The notes below the pieces were generated by a model that was not told the DNA's origin, did no database searches, and was given only the letters and a program-made list of their open reading frames with translations. The position numbers were made by a program, and so were the translations under genes. A stretch of DNA of 64,000 nucleotides from Candidatus Margulisiibacteriota bacterium (GTDB lineage: Bacteria; Margulisbacteria; Riflemargulisbacteria; GWF2-39-127). The DNA lies in the NCBI GenBank assembly GCA_003242895.1, contig QKMY01000020.1:2965-66964 (forward strand). The letters are read 5' to 3'. The stretch's first letter is position 1. Each line of letters opens with the position of its first letter. Positions 18,766-28,349 of this stretch are shown one piece after another.

Positions 18766-19920
18766 CTACTGTCGAGCTGCCACTAGCTTTACTGCTTCAG
18801 CCACGACCAATGCAACCTGCTTATCAAAAACCGAAGGGATGATTTTCCCACTCGCTAATTCCTCTTCAGTAACAATAGAAGAAATAGACCTGGCTGCTGC
18901 GGTAAGCATATCAACGGTAATCTTCCTGGCCTTTGCGTCAAATAACCCCCGAAACAAGCCAGGGAAACACAATACATTATTAATCTGATTAGGATAATCC
19001 GACCTTCCGGTAGCAATTATAGCGCCAATATCGGCAATTTCCTCCGGCATAATCTCAGGAGTAGGGTTCGCCATAGCAAAAACAACCGGGGTTTTGCTCA
19101 TGGTAAGGACCATCTCTCTCGTTAGAGATCCTGGGCCTGAAACGCCGATGAAAACATCGGCATTTTTGATTACATCTTGAAGCAATCCGCTTTCATTATC
19201 AGGATTGGTCCTGGTGACATATTTTTTCTTCGCACCGTTCAAATCTTCCCGGACATTAGATAAGGCTCCGCTTCGATCACAGCCAATAATGTTCCTGGCG
19301 CCATTTGCTAAAAGCAGATTGGTGATAGAGGTCCCCGCAGCGCCAATACCGTTAACTACGATCTTCACATCGCTAAGGTTTTTGTGAACAATTTTGAGAG
19401 CGTTAATAAGTCCGGCAAGTGTTACAACTGCCGTACCATGTTGATCATCGTGGAAAACCGGTATATCAAGTTCGTCAATCAGCCTGCGCTCAATTTCAAA
19501 ACAACGAGGTGCGGCAATATCTTCCAGGTTAATGCCGCCAAAGGTAGGGGCAATCAATTTTACGGTTTTGATTATCTCTTCCACATCCTGGGTATCAATC
19601 AGGATAGGAAAGGCATTAACCCCGCCAAATGCCTTAAAAAGCATTGCCTTGCCTTCCATAACAGGCATCGCAGCCTTCGGGCCAAGATCACCAAGTCCAA
19701 GTATAGCAGTCCCGTCAGTAACTATCGCAACCGTGTTTCCGGCGATTGTATAATCAGGATAGATCTTAGGATCATTCGCAATTTCTTTGCATACTTCGGC
19801 AACTCCGGGAGTGTAGGCTAAAGATAACTGGGTATAGTTATCAAGGCTCGTTCTATTCTCAATCGAAATCTTACCATTTTTATGAAGTTCAAATATTTCT
19901 TCTCTGCTTATCTGTATCAT
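18766..19920 (-). CDS. NAD(P)-dependent malic enzyme
   Basis: AYTPGVA, VMEGKA, INLEDI, VFHDDQHGTA, GIGAAG, TGRSDYPNQINN. Confidence 0.95.
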   Translation of the reverse strand: MIQISREEIFELHKNGKISIENRTSLDNYTQLSLAYTPGVAEVCKEIANDPKIYPDYTIAGNTVAIVTDGTAILGLGDLGPKAAMPVMEGKAMLFKAFGGVNAFPILIDTQDVEEIIKTVKLIAPTFGGINLEDIAAPRCFEIERRLIDELDIPVFHDDQHGTAVVTLAGLINALKIVHKNLSDVKIVVNGIGAAGTSITNLLLANGARNIIGCDRSGALSNVREDLNGAKKKYVTRTNPDNESGLLQDVIKNADVFIGVSGPGSLTREMVLTMSKTPVVFAMANPTPEIMPEEIADIGAIIATGRSDYPNQINNVLCFPGLFRGLFDAKARKITVDMLTAAARSISSIVTEEELASGKIIPSVFDKQVALVVAEAVKLVAARQ

Positions 19921-20117
19921 TATCTATCCTCTTTATTCATTATTCTTAATAAATTTTCCTTATTATAAGCCCTGGGAGAAACAATGTCTATTTGCTTTTG
20001 CTTATCAGTATATACGTAGCAGACAAGACATTTTATCCTTATCATAACTGAGAAAAATTATTATCATAAATAATTTTTTCTGCTTGTCATTATCGAGTAT
20101 TATACTATAATGTATCT

Positions 20118-20324
20118 ATGATTACCTTCAAATTAGAGACTGAATATATTGAATTAAACAAACTGCTCAAAGTCACGCAGATATGCAGTAGCGGCGGGAT
20201 AGCGAATCACCTTATTACGGACAAGCTGGTCAGGGTTGACGGAGAGATTGAAACCCGCAAACGCTGTAAGATCAGAAGCGGACAGCGGGTCACCTACAAG
20301 AACAAGTCAATACTTGTTGAATAA
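20118..20324 (+). CDS. S4 RNA-binding domain protein (YbcJ/YaaA-like)
   Basis: EYIELNKLLK...SGG...VRVDGEIETRKRCKI. Confidence 0.9.
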   Translation: MITFKLETEYIELNKLLKVTQICSSGGIANHLITDKLVRVDGEIETRKRCKIRSGQRVTYKNKSILVE

Positions 20325-20362
20325 GTTATTTCCCTTTTAGAAACAATTACAGGGAGTCTCAC

Positions 20363-20725
20363 ATGGGAGAATATTTAAATTGGGGTGAAGACGGAATTTT
20401 ATATAACACCTTGCCGGAAAGGTTCACACCTGAAACCGCCTCGAATTATATAAAAGAGCTGTCACAAACAGTTAACCCGAGAAAAGATATCAGGCAACTC
20501 ATAGATGCCAGCAAATTGAACTATTTACCCAATGATGAGGCAAAAACCATCCTCGTTGAAGGGGTAAAAAAACTCAGGCCCCCCTGTAAAAACGAAAAAA
20601 ATGCTATATATGGAATGACTGCCTTCACGAGAATAGCTACGAGGATGATAATAACGCTTGCCCAGAGGAATGACATTAAAATATTTGAGGCAAAAAAAGA
20701 AGCACTCGAATGGTTAATAAGTTAA
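20363..20725 (+). CDS. STAS/SEC14 (SpoIIAA-like) domain protein
   Basis: 120 aa; LIDAS and IKIFEAKKEALEWL C-terminal signature. Confidence 0.65.
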   Translation: MGEYLNWGEDGILYNTLPERFTPETASNYIKELSQTVNPRKDIRQLIDASKLNYLPNDEAKTILVEGVKKLRPPCKNEKNAIYGMTAFTRIATRMIITLAQRNDIKIFEAKKEALEWLIS

Positions 20726-21187
20726 AAACAAGATAATCTTAAATACTTTATCCCCCACCTTAAAACAAAAATAATGGGCAGTATCAGGTAGTTGGAATAC
20801 TTGATCCAAAACTTGATCACCAGTAAAAACTTCAGGCACTGTCGCCTTGAAATTTCCTTTGCTATCAAACTTTAGAAGAATGCTACTGGACATCATATTA
20901 CAAATTTCTTTAACGGTATCGAGCAACATGTCATCATCCAATTCTTCCCTGCTCATACCGGAAAAACCTGTAGCTATCTCATAACAAAAAGGTTTATCAA
21001 AAATAAACCAAAACTTTCCAGCAAATTTACTTCTGAAGTCGATCCTCACCATAATCTCAGATTGGAAATCGATCTGATCGAAAACAGGTTCAGTCGTACT
21101 TTGTAAAACCTGATCAATCACACCAGCAGCTGCTTCAGAAATTAAGCTATGGATTTTATCAAACTGCCCCAAATATGACTCCTCCAT
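20714..21187 (-). CDS. CheX-like chemotaxis phosphatase
   Basis: DTVKEICNMM (ExxN) motif, F..KFAG..., TVPEV. Confidence 0.7.
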   Translation of the reverse strand: MEESYLGQFDKIHSLISEAAAGVIDQVLQSTTEPVFDQIDFQSEIMVRIDFRSKFAGKFWFIFDKPFCYEIATGFSGMSREELDDDMLLDTVKEICNMMSSSILLKFDSKGNFKATVPEVFTGDQVLDQVFQLPDTAHYFCFKVGDKVFKIILFLTY

Positions 21188-21382
21188 ATGGCAATTATTT
21201 CACTTACCCCCACGTTAAACCGGATAATTCTTTCAAATTTTTCCATAAAAATATCATTTCCAAAATTAGTTTTGACCTTTTAAGACAAGCTCTATTTAAA
21301 TAGAGAAAAATCAGCATTTAGAAACATGTATATAATATATAATATATGTTTATTAAAGTAAAAATCAAGCAAAATAAACATT

Positions 21383-22879
21383 TCAAGCTCTTCCATAAAT
21401 ATAGGTCATCTCAGCCAGCCTATCACGTACATAGGAATTAAGCTGATCTGGCAGCAAACGCCATAACCAATTGCCATTTGTTGTCGCTGGAATATTCATT
21501 CGAGCTTCTTCTCCTAGTGAAAGGATATCCTGGACTGGCACCATTGCAACATTAGAACCAGAGCTCAGAGCAAGCCGCATCAGTTCCCAACTCGCCTCGT
21601 CTTCCGAAACTTCTTTTCCGATATAGCGAAACAAACGCCGTTTATCATCATGCGAAGCTTCCTGCCTAAACCAACCTTTTGCTGTGTTATTATCATGAGT
21701 GCCAGTATATACCATGCTGTTTTTTACATAATTATGAGGAAGATAGGGATGGACAGGATTATCTTCCCCGAAAGCAAAAAGAAGCACTTGCATCCCGGGA
21801 ATTCCAAATTGACGCATTACTTCCCTGACATCAGGGGTTATCGTTCCCAGGTCCTCTGCGATAATCGGGAAATAAGGAAAAAACTTATAGAGGACAGTAA
21901 AAAAATCCACGGACGGAACATCAGCCCATCTACCATTGATAGCGGTCCTTTCACCGAAAGGCACTTCCCAGTAGGCAACTAACCCACGAAAATGATCTAT
22001 TCTTATAATGTTATAAAGTCCCAAATTATGCCGGATACGCTGTATCCACCAATGGTACCGCTGATATCGCAAAGCATCCCATTCGTAAACCGGATTGCCC
22101 CATAGTTGCCCAGTAGAACTAAAGTAGTCAGGCGGAACCCCCGAGACTGCGACCGGCCGCTTATCATAATTCAACTTGAAGAGATAAGGATGTGCCCAAA
22201 CATCTGAACTGTCATAATTAACATAGATCGGGATATCACCAATAATCTGTATTCCATTAAGGTTACAATGGCATTTGACTGCTGACCACTGTTTATAAAA
22301 AATGTATTGTAAAAACTTTTCTTTCTCAATTTCTTCATTTAGGAGGGACCTCATATGATTAAGAGCTCCGTCATGCCGGTCTCGTATCTCTACAGGCCAG
22401 TCACACCAAAGGCTCCCCTGGAAATGATTTTTAAGGACTGAAAAAAGCGCATAATCTTCGAGCCAATCATTGTTCTTTTGGCAAAAATGGATGTAGCCAT
22501 ATCGCTCTTCTTTCACTTTGAACTTCATATGAGCCTGATTAAAAAGAAATTGTTTATACTGAGTAACTGACTCATAATCGACTTTTCCTTCGGGAAAAAC
22601 CGGCATTTTTCCTATATCGGAAACATCAAGGTACCCTTCGTCAACCAATAGCTCAGGACTAATAAGCAGTGTATTTCCGGCAAAAGCAGAAATACTACTA
22701 TATGGTGAGTTACCAAGAACTACCAGGGTTGGATTGAGCGGCAATACCTGCCAGTAGCTTTGTTTCGTATGGATCAGAAAGTCTATAAACTTATAAGCGC
22801 CTGGACCCATATCTCCAATGCCAAAAGGCGAGGGTAATGATGTAACATGCATAAGGAGTCCACTTCCCCGTTTATTCAT
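21383..22879 (-). CDS. malQ: 4-alpha-glucanotransferase (GH77)
   Basis: HVTSLP, WQVLPL, GVPPDYFSSTGQLWGNP, RIDHFRG, IAEDLG, YTGTHDN. Confidence 0.97.
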   Translation of the reverse strand: MNKRGSGLLMHVTSLPSPFGIGDMGPGAYKFIDFLIHTKQSYWQVLPLNPTLVVLGNSPYSSISAFAGNTLLISPELLVDEGYLDVSDIGKMPVFPEGKVDYESVTQYKQFLFNQAHMKFKVKEERYGYIHFCQKNNDWLEDYALFSVLKNHFQGSLWCDWPVEIRDRHDGALNHMRSLLNEEIEKEKFLQYIFYKQWSAVKCHCNLNGIQIIGDIPIYVNYDSSDVWAHPYLFKLNYDKRPVAVSGVPPDYFSSTGQLWGNPVYEWDALRYQRYHWWIQRIRHNLGLYNIIRIDHFRGLVAYWEVPFGERTAINGRWADVPSVDFFTVLYKFFPYFPIIAEDLGTITPDVREVMRQFGIPGMQVLLFAFGEDNPVHPYLPHNYVKNSMVYTGTHDNNTAKGWFRQEASHDDKRRLFRYIGKEVSEDEASWELMRLALSSGSNVAMVPVQDILSLGEEARMNIPATTNGNWLWRLLPDQLNSYVRDRLAEMTYIYGRA

Positions 22880-23435
22880 TCTTCATACCTCCAGACAACT
22901 TATTATTCATTAATTATTATTTTTATCGATCAAAAAAGCACATTGTGTACCAATTTGGCTTAATATTCCTTTTTTTGCCATCTTTGTCAATTTATATTTT
23001 ATCGACAAACGAATCGTAGCCTTGATTTCTTGATAATAACAAAAAATAAATATTTAATCTCAGTATTTTTTTTGGGAATACTCTCTATGAAGAAGATTAA
23101 TGCCTTCCAGTCTTTGGTATTAGATTGTAATTCACATTATGGATATTTTTATTATAAATAACATAACTGTAGAGCTAAAATTACTTTTGGTTCAAAACCC
23201 GTAGCGAAACTGAATTAAAACGCCAGACACTCAACGTTGAAAAGTTCTTACAAGAATCCCTGACTCGCTTTCGGGAGGATATAATGTCATGAGAACTCCA
23301 TTTAATAGAGTATCACAAACTATTTTCCACAATAGCATTAAATATGCTAAAATCGCTACATATGCTCACTCTAGACAGGTAGTCGAAATTTATATTACAC
23401 TTAGAAGGATCATAAATCATTTCAGGAGGATATTT

Positions 23436-24014
23436 ATGAAAAAGGTTAGAATATTATTGGTACTATTAATGGTGTTTGGTTTGAGCGCGCCTTCGTTTGC
23501 TCTTTTTAAGATCGGTGCAGCTTATACGGGATATTCCCAAGGTCAAGGAATGAGTGCTTCGCTGGAGTTCCCATTAATTCCATTGTTGCCGACTACATTC
23601 TATATAACTCAAATGAACAAACAAAACGTTGATCTCCCTCCTGTCACCTACGGCGGGAAGTCGTTTGCGGGATCAGTAGAATTCACATCTTTGGTTGGAG
23701 AATTACAAATAAAGACGCCGTTAAGCTTTATGGGCGTTTCATTTGGTGTTAATGGCCTGTTCGATGTAATCGCGGGTAAAGACGGAAGTGGCGAAATGGT
23801 AGCTTTACCGGGAAATGGCTATGCTGGAATGTTCGGAGAGTATACCAAGGACCTTTTGCCTTTTATTTCAGGGTATGCCCAATTAGGCTATCTTGTTAAA
23901 GTGCTCGACGGAGAAAAAACAATTAATGACAAAATTGAACCGGTTGAAGTAAATCTTAAGGATATCGATAAATCAGGATTGTTCTACAGAGCCGGATTAA
24001 CTATCGGATTCTAA
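23436..24014 (+). CDS. Exported protein, probable small outer-membrane beta-barrel (start moved to MKKVR)
   Basis: AGGAGG RBS before ATG 23436; signal peptide ending SFA; C-terminal YRAGLTIGF. Confidence 0.65.
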   Translation: MKKVRILLVLLMVFGLSAPSFALFKIGAAYTGYSQGQGMSASLEFPLIPLLPTTFYITQMNKQNVDLPPVTYGGKSFAGSVEFTSLVGELQIKTPLSFMGVSFGVNGLFDVIAGKDGSGEMVALPGNGYAGMFGEYTKDLLPFISGYAQLGYLVKVLDGEKTINDKIEPVEVNLKDIDKSGLFYRAGLTIGF

Positions 24015-24038
24015 TGAATAAACAAGAATACCTTTACG

Positions 24039-24065
24039 AGCACCGCGAATGCGGTGCTTTTTTTT
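24039..24065 (+). terminator. Intrinsic terminator
   Basis: AGCACCGC-gaat-GCGGTGCT followed by a T run. Confidence 0.9.
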
Positions 24066-24120
24066 GAGCAGAAACCCTATTTAACCAATTCACCGGTTTT
24101 ATTTGTTTCGTTATTTGATA

Positions 24121-24149
24121 TTGAAAAAACATGGAAGCTCATATATAAT
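24121..24149 (+). promoter_or_regulatory. Sigma70 promoter of the leuA leader
   Basis: TTGAAA, 17 bp spacer, TATAAT. Confidence 0.75.
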
Positions 24150-24181
24150 TAAGCCAATTAAACACGAGATAAATTAAATAA

Positions 24182-24247
24182 ATGAACTATACAAAACAAA
24201 CAAACCTTTTTCTACTCAATTTATTACTCGCCCTGCGCGGCGAATAA
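24182..24247 (+). CDS. leuL: Leucine-rich leader peptide MNYTKQTNLFLLNLLLALRGE
   Basis: 21-codon uORF with 7 Leu among 10 consecutive codons, between the promoter and leuA. Confidence 0.75.
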   Translation: MNYTKQTNLFLLNLLLALRGE

Positions 24248-24384
24248 TAACCATTTACCTATTTTTAATACAATCAACAATCCCACTCAAACAATGACCA
24301 CTATAATAATATTTGGGGTCTAACCAGTCCCAAATTATAGTAATTAATGCTAAAATTGTATAAGGTTAAAAAAGGAGCCCTAAA

Positions 24385-26052
24385 ATGAACAAAGATTTTT
24401 TGAAAAAATATAGACCCTATCCAAAAATAGATATTCCTGACAGGACCTGGCCAAATAATAGCATCACAAAAGCGCCGATCTGGTGCAGCGTTGATCTCAG
24501 GGACGGCAACCAAGCACTGGTAACCCCAATGTCGCTTGAAGAAAAACTTGAGTTTTTCCAGACATTAGTGAATACCGGCTTTAAGGAAATTGAAGTTGGA
24601 TTCCCATCCTCTGCTCAGGTAGAGTTCGATTTCTTAAGAAAACTCATTACTGAAAACCTTATACCAACGGATGTTAGAGTCCAGGTACTCGTACAAGCAA
24701 GACGACATCTTATCGAAAAAACTTTTGAGGCTCTGGCCGGATCGAAGAAATCGATCCTTCATCTCTATAATTCGACATCTACGAACCAACGAAAGATTGT
24801 TTTTCAGAAAAGCAAACAAGAGATCATAGATATTGCAGTCCAGGGCGTTAACTGGGTAAAAGAATTCTCGCAGAAAACAAATACGCCTGTAACGCTTGAG
24901 TATTCAGCAGAAAGCTTTACCGGCACTGAGATAGATTATGCACTGGAAATCTGCAATGCCGTTATTAATGAGTGGGCCCCCACCCCTGAAAATAAAATTA
25001 TTATTAATTTGCCGGCGACAATGGAGCTTGCAAGCCCTAATTATTATGCCGATATGATCGAGTGGATGTCCCGCCGCCTCAACAAAAGAGACTGCGTCAT
25101 ACTAAGTCTTCATACGCACAATGATAGGGGAACTGCTATTGCAGCGTCAGAACTGGGAATACTGGCAGGCGCCGACAGAGTCGAAGGGACCTTGTTTGGT
25201 AATGGCGAACGTACAGGAAATGCAGACGTCATAACACTAGCCCTTAACCTCTTTACACAGGGTATTGATCCGGAACTAGACTTTTATACTATTAATAACA
25301 TCATTACTGCTGCTGAAAAGTATAATAAGATACCGGTCCATGTGAGACATCCTTATGCAGGAGATCTGGTCTATACCGCATTCTCCGGTTCCCATCAAGA
25401 TGCTATTAAAAAGGGAATTGAGTACCAGAATAAAAAAGATGACCCATATTGGGAAGTGCCCTATTTACCGATCGACCCGGCTGATCTGGGTAGGAGCTAC
25501 GAAGGTATCATCCGGATTAACAGCCAGTCAGGAAAAGGCGGTGTCGCTTACATCCTGGAAAAAGAGTTCGGCTACCAGCTTCCAAAGGATATGCATCCGG
25601 AATTCGCCAAAGTTGTACAGGCTATTGCGGATGGCACAGGAAAAGAAGTTAACAACCAGGACATTTATGCCGCTTTTGAAAATGAATATATCAAAAGAAA
25701 AACCCCGATTTCTTTTGTTTCTTTTGATATTTTGTCACACCAGAATAAACAGCTTACCTGCAAGTTAACTATCGAGGTGAACGCAGAGAGAAAAGAGCTG
25801 ACCGGAATTGGTAACGGTCCGGTTGACGCATGCAAGGACGCACTCGCATCAATCAAGGAACTTGTGCAATTTAATATCAACGAATATTACGAACATGCCT
25901 TGAAAAAAGGTTCGACATCAGAAGCCATCGCCTATATCGAAATCGAAAACCCCTCTACTTTCAGTAAATATTTCGGGGTAGGAATTGATACTGATATTAT
26001 GCAGGCGGCTATTAAGTCGATGATTAGTGCTCTAAATAGATCAATGAAATAA
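24385..26052 (+). CDS. leuA: 2-isopropylmalate synthase (yeast/actinobacterial-type LeuA)
   Basis: WCSVDLRDGNQAL, SLHTHNDRG, GNGERTGN, AFSGSHQDAIKKG, RINSQSGKGG, GNGPVDA regulatory domain. Confidence 0.97.
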   Translation: MNKDFLKKYRPYPKIDIPDRTWPNNSITKAPIWCSVDLRDGNQALVTPMSLEEKLEFFQTLVNTGFKEIEVGFPSSAQVEFDFLRKLITENLIPTDVRVQVLVQARRHLIEKTFEALAGSKKSILHLYNSTSTNQRKIVFQKSKQEIIDIAVQGVNWVKEFSQKTNTPVTLEYSAESFTGTEIDYALEICNAVINEWAPTPENKIIINLPATMELASPNYYADMIEWMSRRLNKRDCVILSLHTHNDRGTAIAASELGILAGADRVEGTLFGNGERTGNADVITLALNLFTQGIDPELDFYTINNIITAAEKYNKIPVHVRHPYAGDLVYTAFSGSHQDAIKKGIEYQNKKDDPYWEVPYLPIDPADLGRSYEGIIRINSQSGKGGVAYILEKEFGYQLPKDMHPEFAKVVQAIADGTGKEVNNQDIYAAFENEYIKRKTPISFVSFDILSHQNKQLTCKLTIEVNAERKELTGIGNGPVDACKDALASIKELVQFNINEYYEHALKKGSTSEAIAYIEIENPSTFSKYFGVGIDTDIMQAAIKSMISALNRSMK

Positions 26053-26063
26053 TAAGTACTCCG

Positions 26064-26093
26064 GCTCCCCTCGCGCAGGGGAGCACATTTTTT
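26064..26093 (+). terminator. Terminator after leuA
   Basis: GCTCCCCT-cgcgc-AGGGGAGC followed by acaTTTTTT. Confidence 0.75.
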
Positions 26094-26272
26094 GTGAAAA
26101 GACTCACTAGCTTTTACAGTTTTTGCTTTTACAAAAGGTACAATGACTGATTCTATGTTGCTCAGCAGCACATCGCGGACACTTAATAGTTTTGTAGGTA
26201 CAGGCTATTTCGTCACGTTTTAACTTAAACACCAAATTACATTTCTCGCAGGTAATATCAATTGACTGTTCT

Positions 26273-28117
26273 TCAGATGAAGACATGAGAAATCACTCCT
26301 CCAACAAAAAAAGCCATAAACAATGTTCCCAGCCATATCAAAAGTGCGTGTTTCCAGCTTTGCTCTTTAAACAGAATTACAAGCGATGCTACACAAGGAA
26401 CAAAAAGCGTTATCGTCACTAAAGCAATTACTATCTGAATGGGCGTAAGCGCCAAACTGGTAAGTCCGGCTGCACCGAAATCACGTCTTACAAATCCCAT
26501 AATGAAAACTCTCGCTGCTTCTTGCGGCAACTGGAGCCATTTAACAACCAAGGGTGCAAATACAACCTCAATTGACTGTAGCAGATTAAACACATGGAGA
26601 AACGAGACTATCAATGCGCCGAGAACAAACCAGGGAATCGCCTCATACATAAAATGATAAGTTTTCATCGTTGTTTTCGTCATGACGTTTGAGATCTTGG
26701 GCATACGAAGTGAAGGCAACTCTATAAATAAAGGAGTACTCTCTCCCTTCAATGTCAAATTAAGCAAAGATCCGACTGCAATAAAAAACCCAAAAATTAC
26801 TACACTATACAAAAAAAGATATTTACTGCCGATAGGTGCAAGCAACGCAGCAATCACGCCCAGCTGAGCAGAACAGGGAATTGCAAATTGGAGCAAGATG
26901 ATGGCTATTTTCTTTTCTCTCTCAGAGCCAAGCAACCGAGTCGTAATTGTCCCTGCAGTTACACAACCAAACCCCAGAATCAAAGGGATTATCGCCCTTC
27001 CATTAAGGCCTAACACATTCAAAGACCTATCAACAAAAACGGCAAGCCGAGGCAAATAGCCGCAATCTTCCAATATGGACAATGCAAAATAAAAACCGAA
27101 CACTAATGGTAAAAGCAATCCAACAAGATAGGTCACCGTCATTGTTAACAAACCAAAATCACCAACCAGAATATTACCCAGAATACTTACCGGATCAATC
27201 ATTTCTGCAACTAGCCCTCTCATGGCAGGCTCATAAATCCCTTGCATAACTGTTTTCTCTGTCACTCCTACAACTGTTTGAGCAACGAAAACACCCACAA
27301 ATTTATAAACAACAAATAAAGCGCCGCACATTATCAAAAATGCCAGGAAGGGTTGCAGCATCCACTGTTCAAGTTTGTTCTTGAACCTATGGACCTTAGT
27401 AACATCTCTCACAACATGATCAATGATATCATTTACGATTTCCCGTCTTTTAATGTAGATGTCTCCTCGTGCTTCTACCGGCTCTATTCCATGCCGCTCA
27501 CTGACATAAGGATCACCTTCCATTATCATCAAAGCTTCCGGCTGGGAGCCAACTACCCGTAACATCTCATGAAGCTTGAGGTGAAGTTCCGGGTTGATAT
27601 TACCAGGCATTGCTTTGGGCAATAGTTCTTTAATCTCATCGAACCCCTGTTTTTTAACAGCAATTGTCCCTACAACAGGAACTCCTAAAAGATGGGACAG
27701 CAGATCAAGGTCAACCTCTATTCCTTCTTTTTTGGCCTCATCCATAAGATTAACGGCAACGATCATAGGAATACCCATGTCGATTAGTTGCTGCGTCAAA
27801 AACAAATCTCGTTCAAGATGCACCGCATCAACAATATTAATAATAATGTCTGCGCCAAGGATAATATCCCTCGCGACTTTTTCTTCATCATTAAAAGAAG
27901 ATACACTGTAAATTCCAGGGGTGTCGAGGATAATATAATCGCCATACTTTCCCTGGCTGATTTCAATCGTCGTACCGGGATAATTAGAAACATCGACATA
28001 CATCCCTGTGAAGTAATTAAAGAATATCGATTTCCCCACATTAGGGTTACCTACCAAAACAACCGTCTTCTTGTCTAAGGCAGTAGCAGCCGGTTTATGC
28101 GATTGATGGCGATGCAT
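26273..28117 (-). CDS. feoB: Ferrous iron transporter B (start moved to MHRHQ)
   Basis: G1 GNPNVGKS, NYPGTT, DTPG, NLMD; LEDCGYLPRLA, LGFGC, IPCSAQ, FVPC. Confidence 0.96.
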   Translation of the reverse strand: MHRHQSHKPAATALDKKTVVLVGNPNVGKSIFFNYFTGMYVDVSNYPGTTIEISQGKYGDYIILDTPGIYSVSSFNDEEKVARDIILGADIIINIVDAVHLERDLFLTQQLIDMGIPMIVAVNLMDEAKKEGIEVDLDLLSHLLGVPVVGTIAVKKQGFDEIKELLPKAMPGNINPELHLKLHEMLRVVGSQPEALMIMEGDPYVSERHGIEPVEARGDIYIKRREIVNDIIDHVVRDVTKVHRFKNKLEQWMLQPFLAFLIMCGALFVVYKFVGVFVAQTVVGVTEKTVMQGIYEPAMRGLVAEMIDPVSILGNILVGDFGLLTMTVTYLVGLLLPLVFGFYFALSILEDCGYLPRLAVFVDRSLNVLGLNGRAIIPLILGFGCVTAGTITTRLLGSEREKKIAIILLQFAIPCSAQLGVIAALLAPIGSKYLFLYSVVIFGFFIAVGSLLNLTLKGESTPLFIELPSLRMPKISNVMTKTTMKTYHFMYEAIPWFVLGALIVSFLHVFNLLQSIEVVFAPLVVKWLQLPQEAARVFIMGFVRRDFGAAGLTSLALTPIQIVIALVTITLFVPCVASLVILFKEQSWKHALLIWLGTLFMAFFVGGVISHVFI

Positions 28118-28119
28118 TA

Positions 28120-28344
28120 TTATTCTCCTATAATCTCTAATATTATTTTTTGGGCTAACATCCTCCCGATGGCTAGTTCCTGATGGTTCTTTTTTATAAC
28201 AATCGGTCCGCCCGGCAATTTTCCGATGCAGACTATCTTTGATCCGACACACAAACCCAATCTAACAAACTGCACAGCCAATTGCCCTTCCGGCAACGAT
28301 ACGATCCTTGCAACTGCTCCAACTTTCATTTGGTCTAATCCCAT
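28120..28344 (-). CDS. feoA: Ferrous iron transport protein A
   Basis: 74 aa SH3-like (RLGL..GS.I, GGPIVI, LAIGR) immediately upstream of feoB. Confidence 0.9.
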   Translation of the reverse strand: MGLDQMKVGAVARIVSLPEGQLAVQFVRLGLCVGSKIVCIGKLPGGPIVIKKNHQELAIGRMLAQKIILEIIGE

Positions 28345-28349
28345 AATAA

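Noticed and set aside
23289-23435. Long N-terminal extensions in the ORF track (also smpB 4702, feoB 28252, ahbD 54199, ahbA 55160, pseC 60845)
   Set aside because: Downstream starts fit RBS position, signal peptides or family N-termini better and avoid large overlaps
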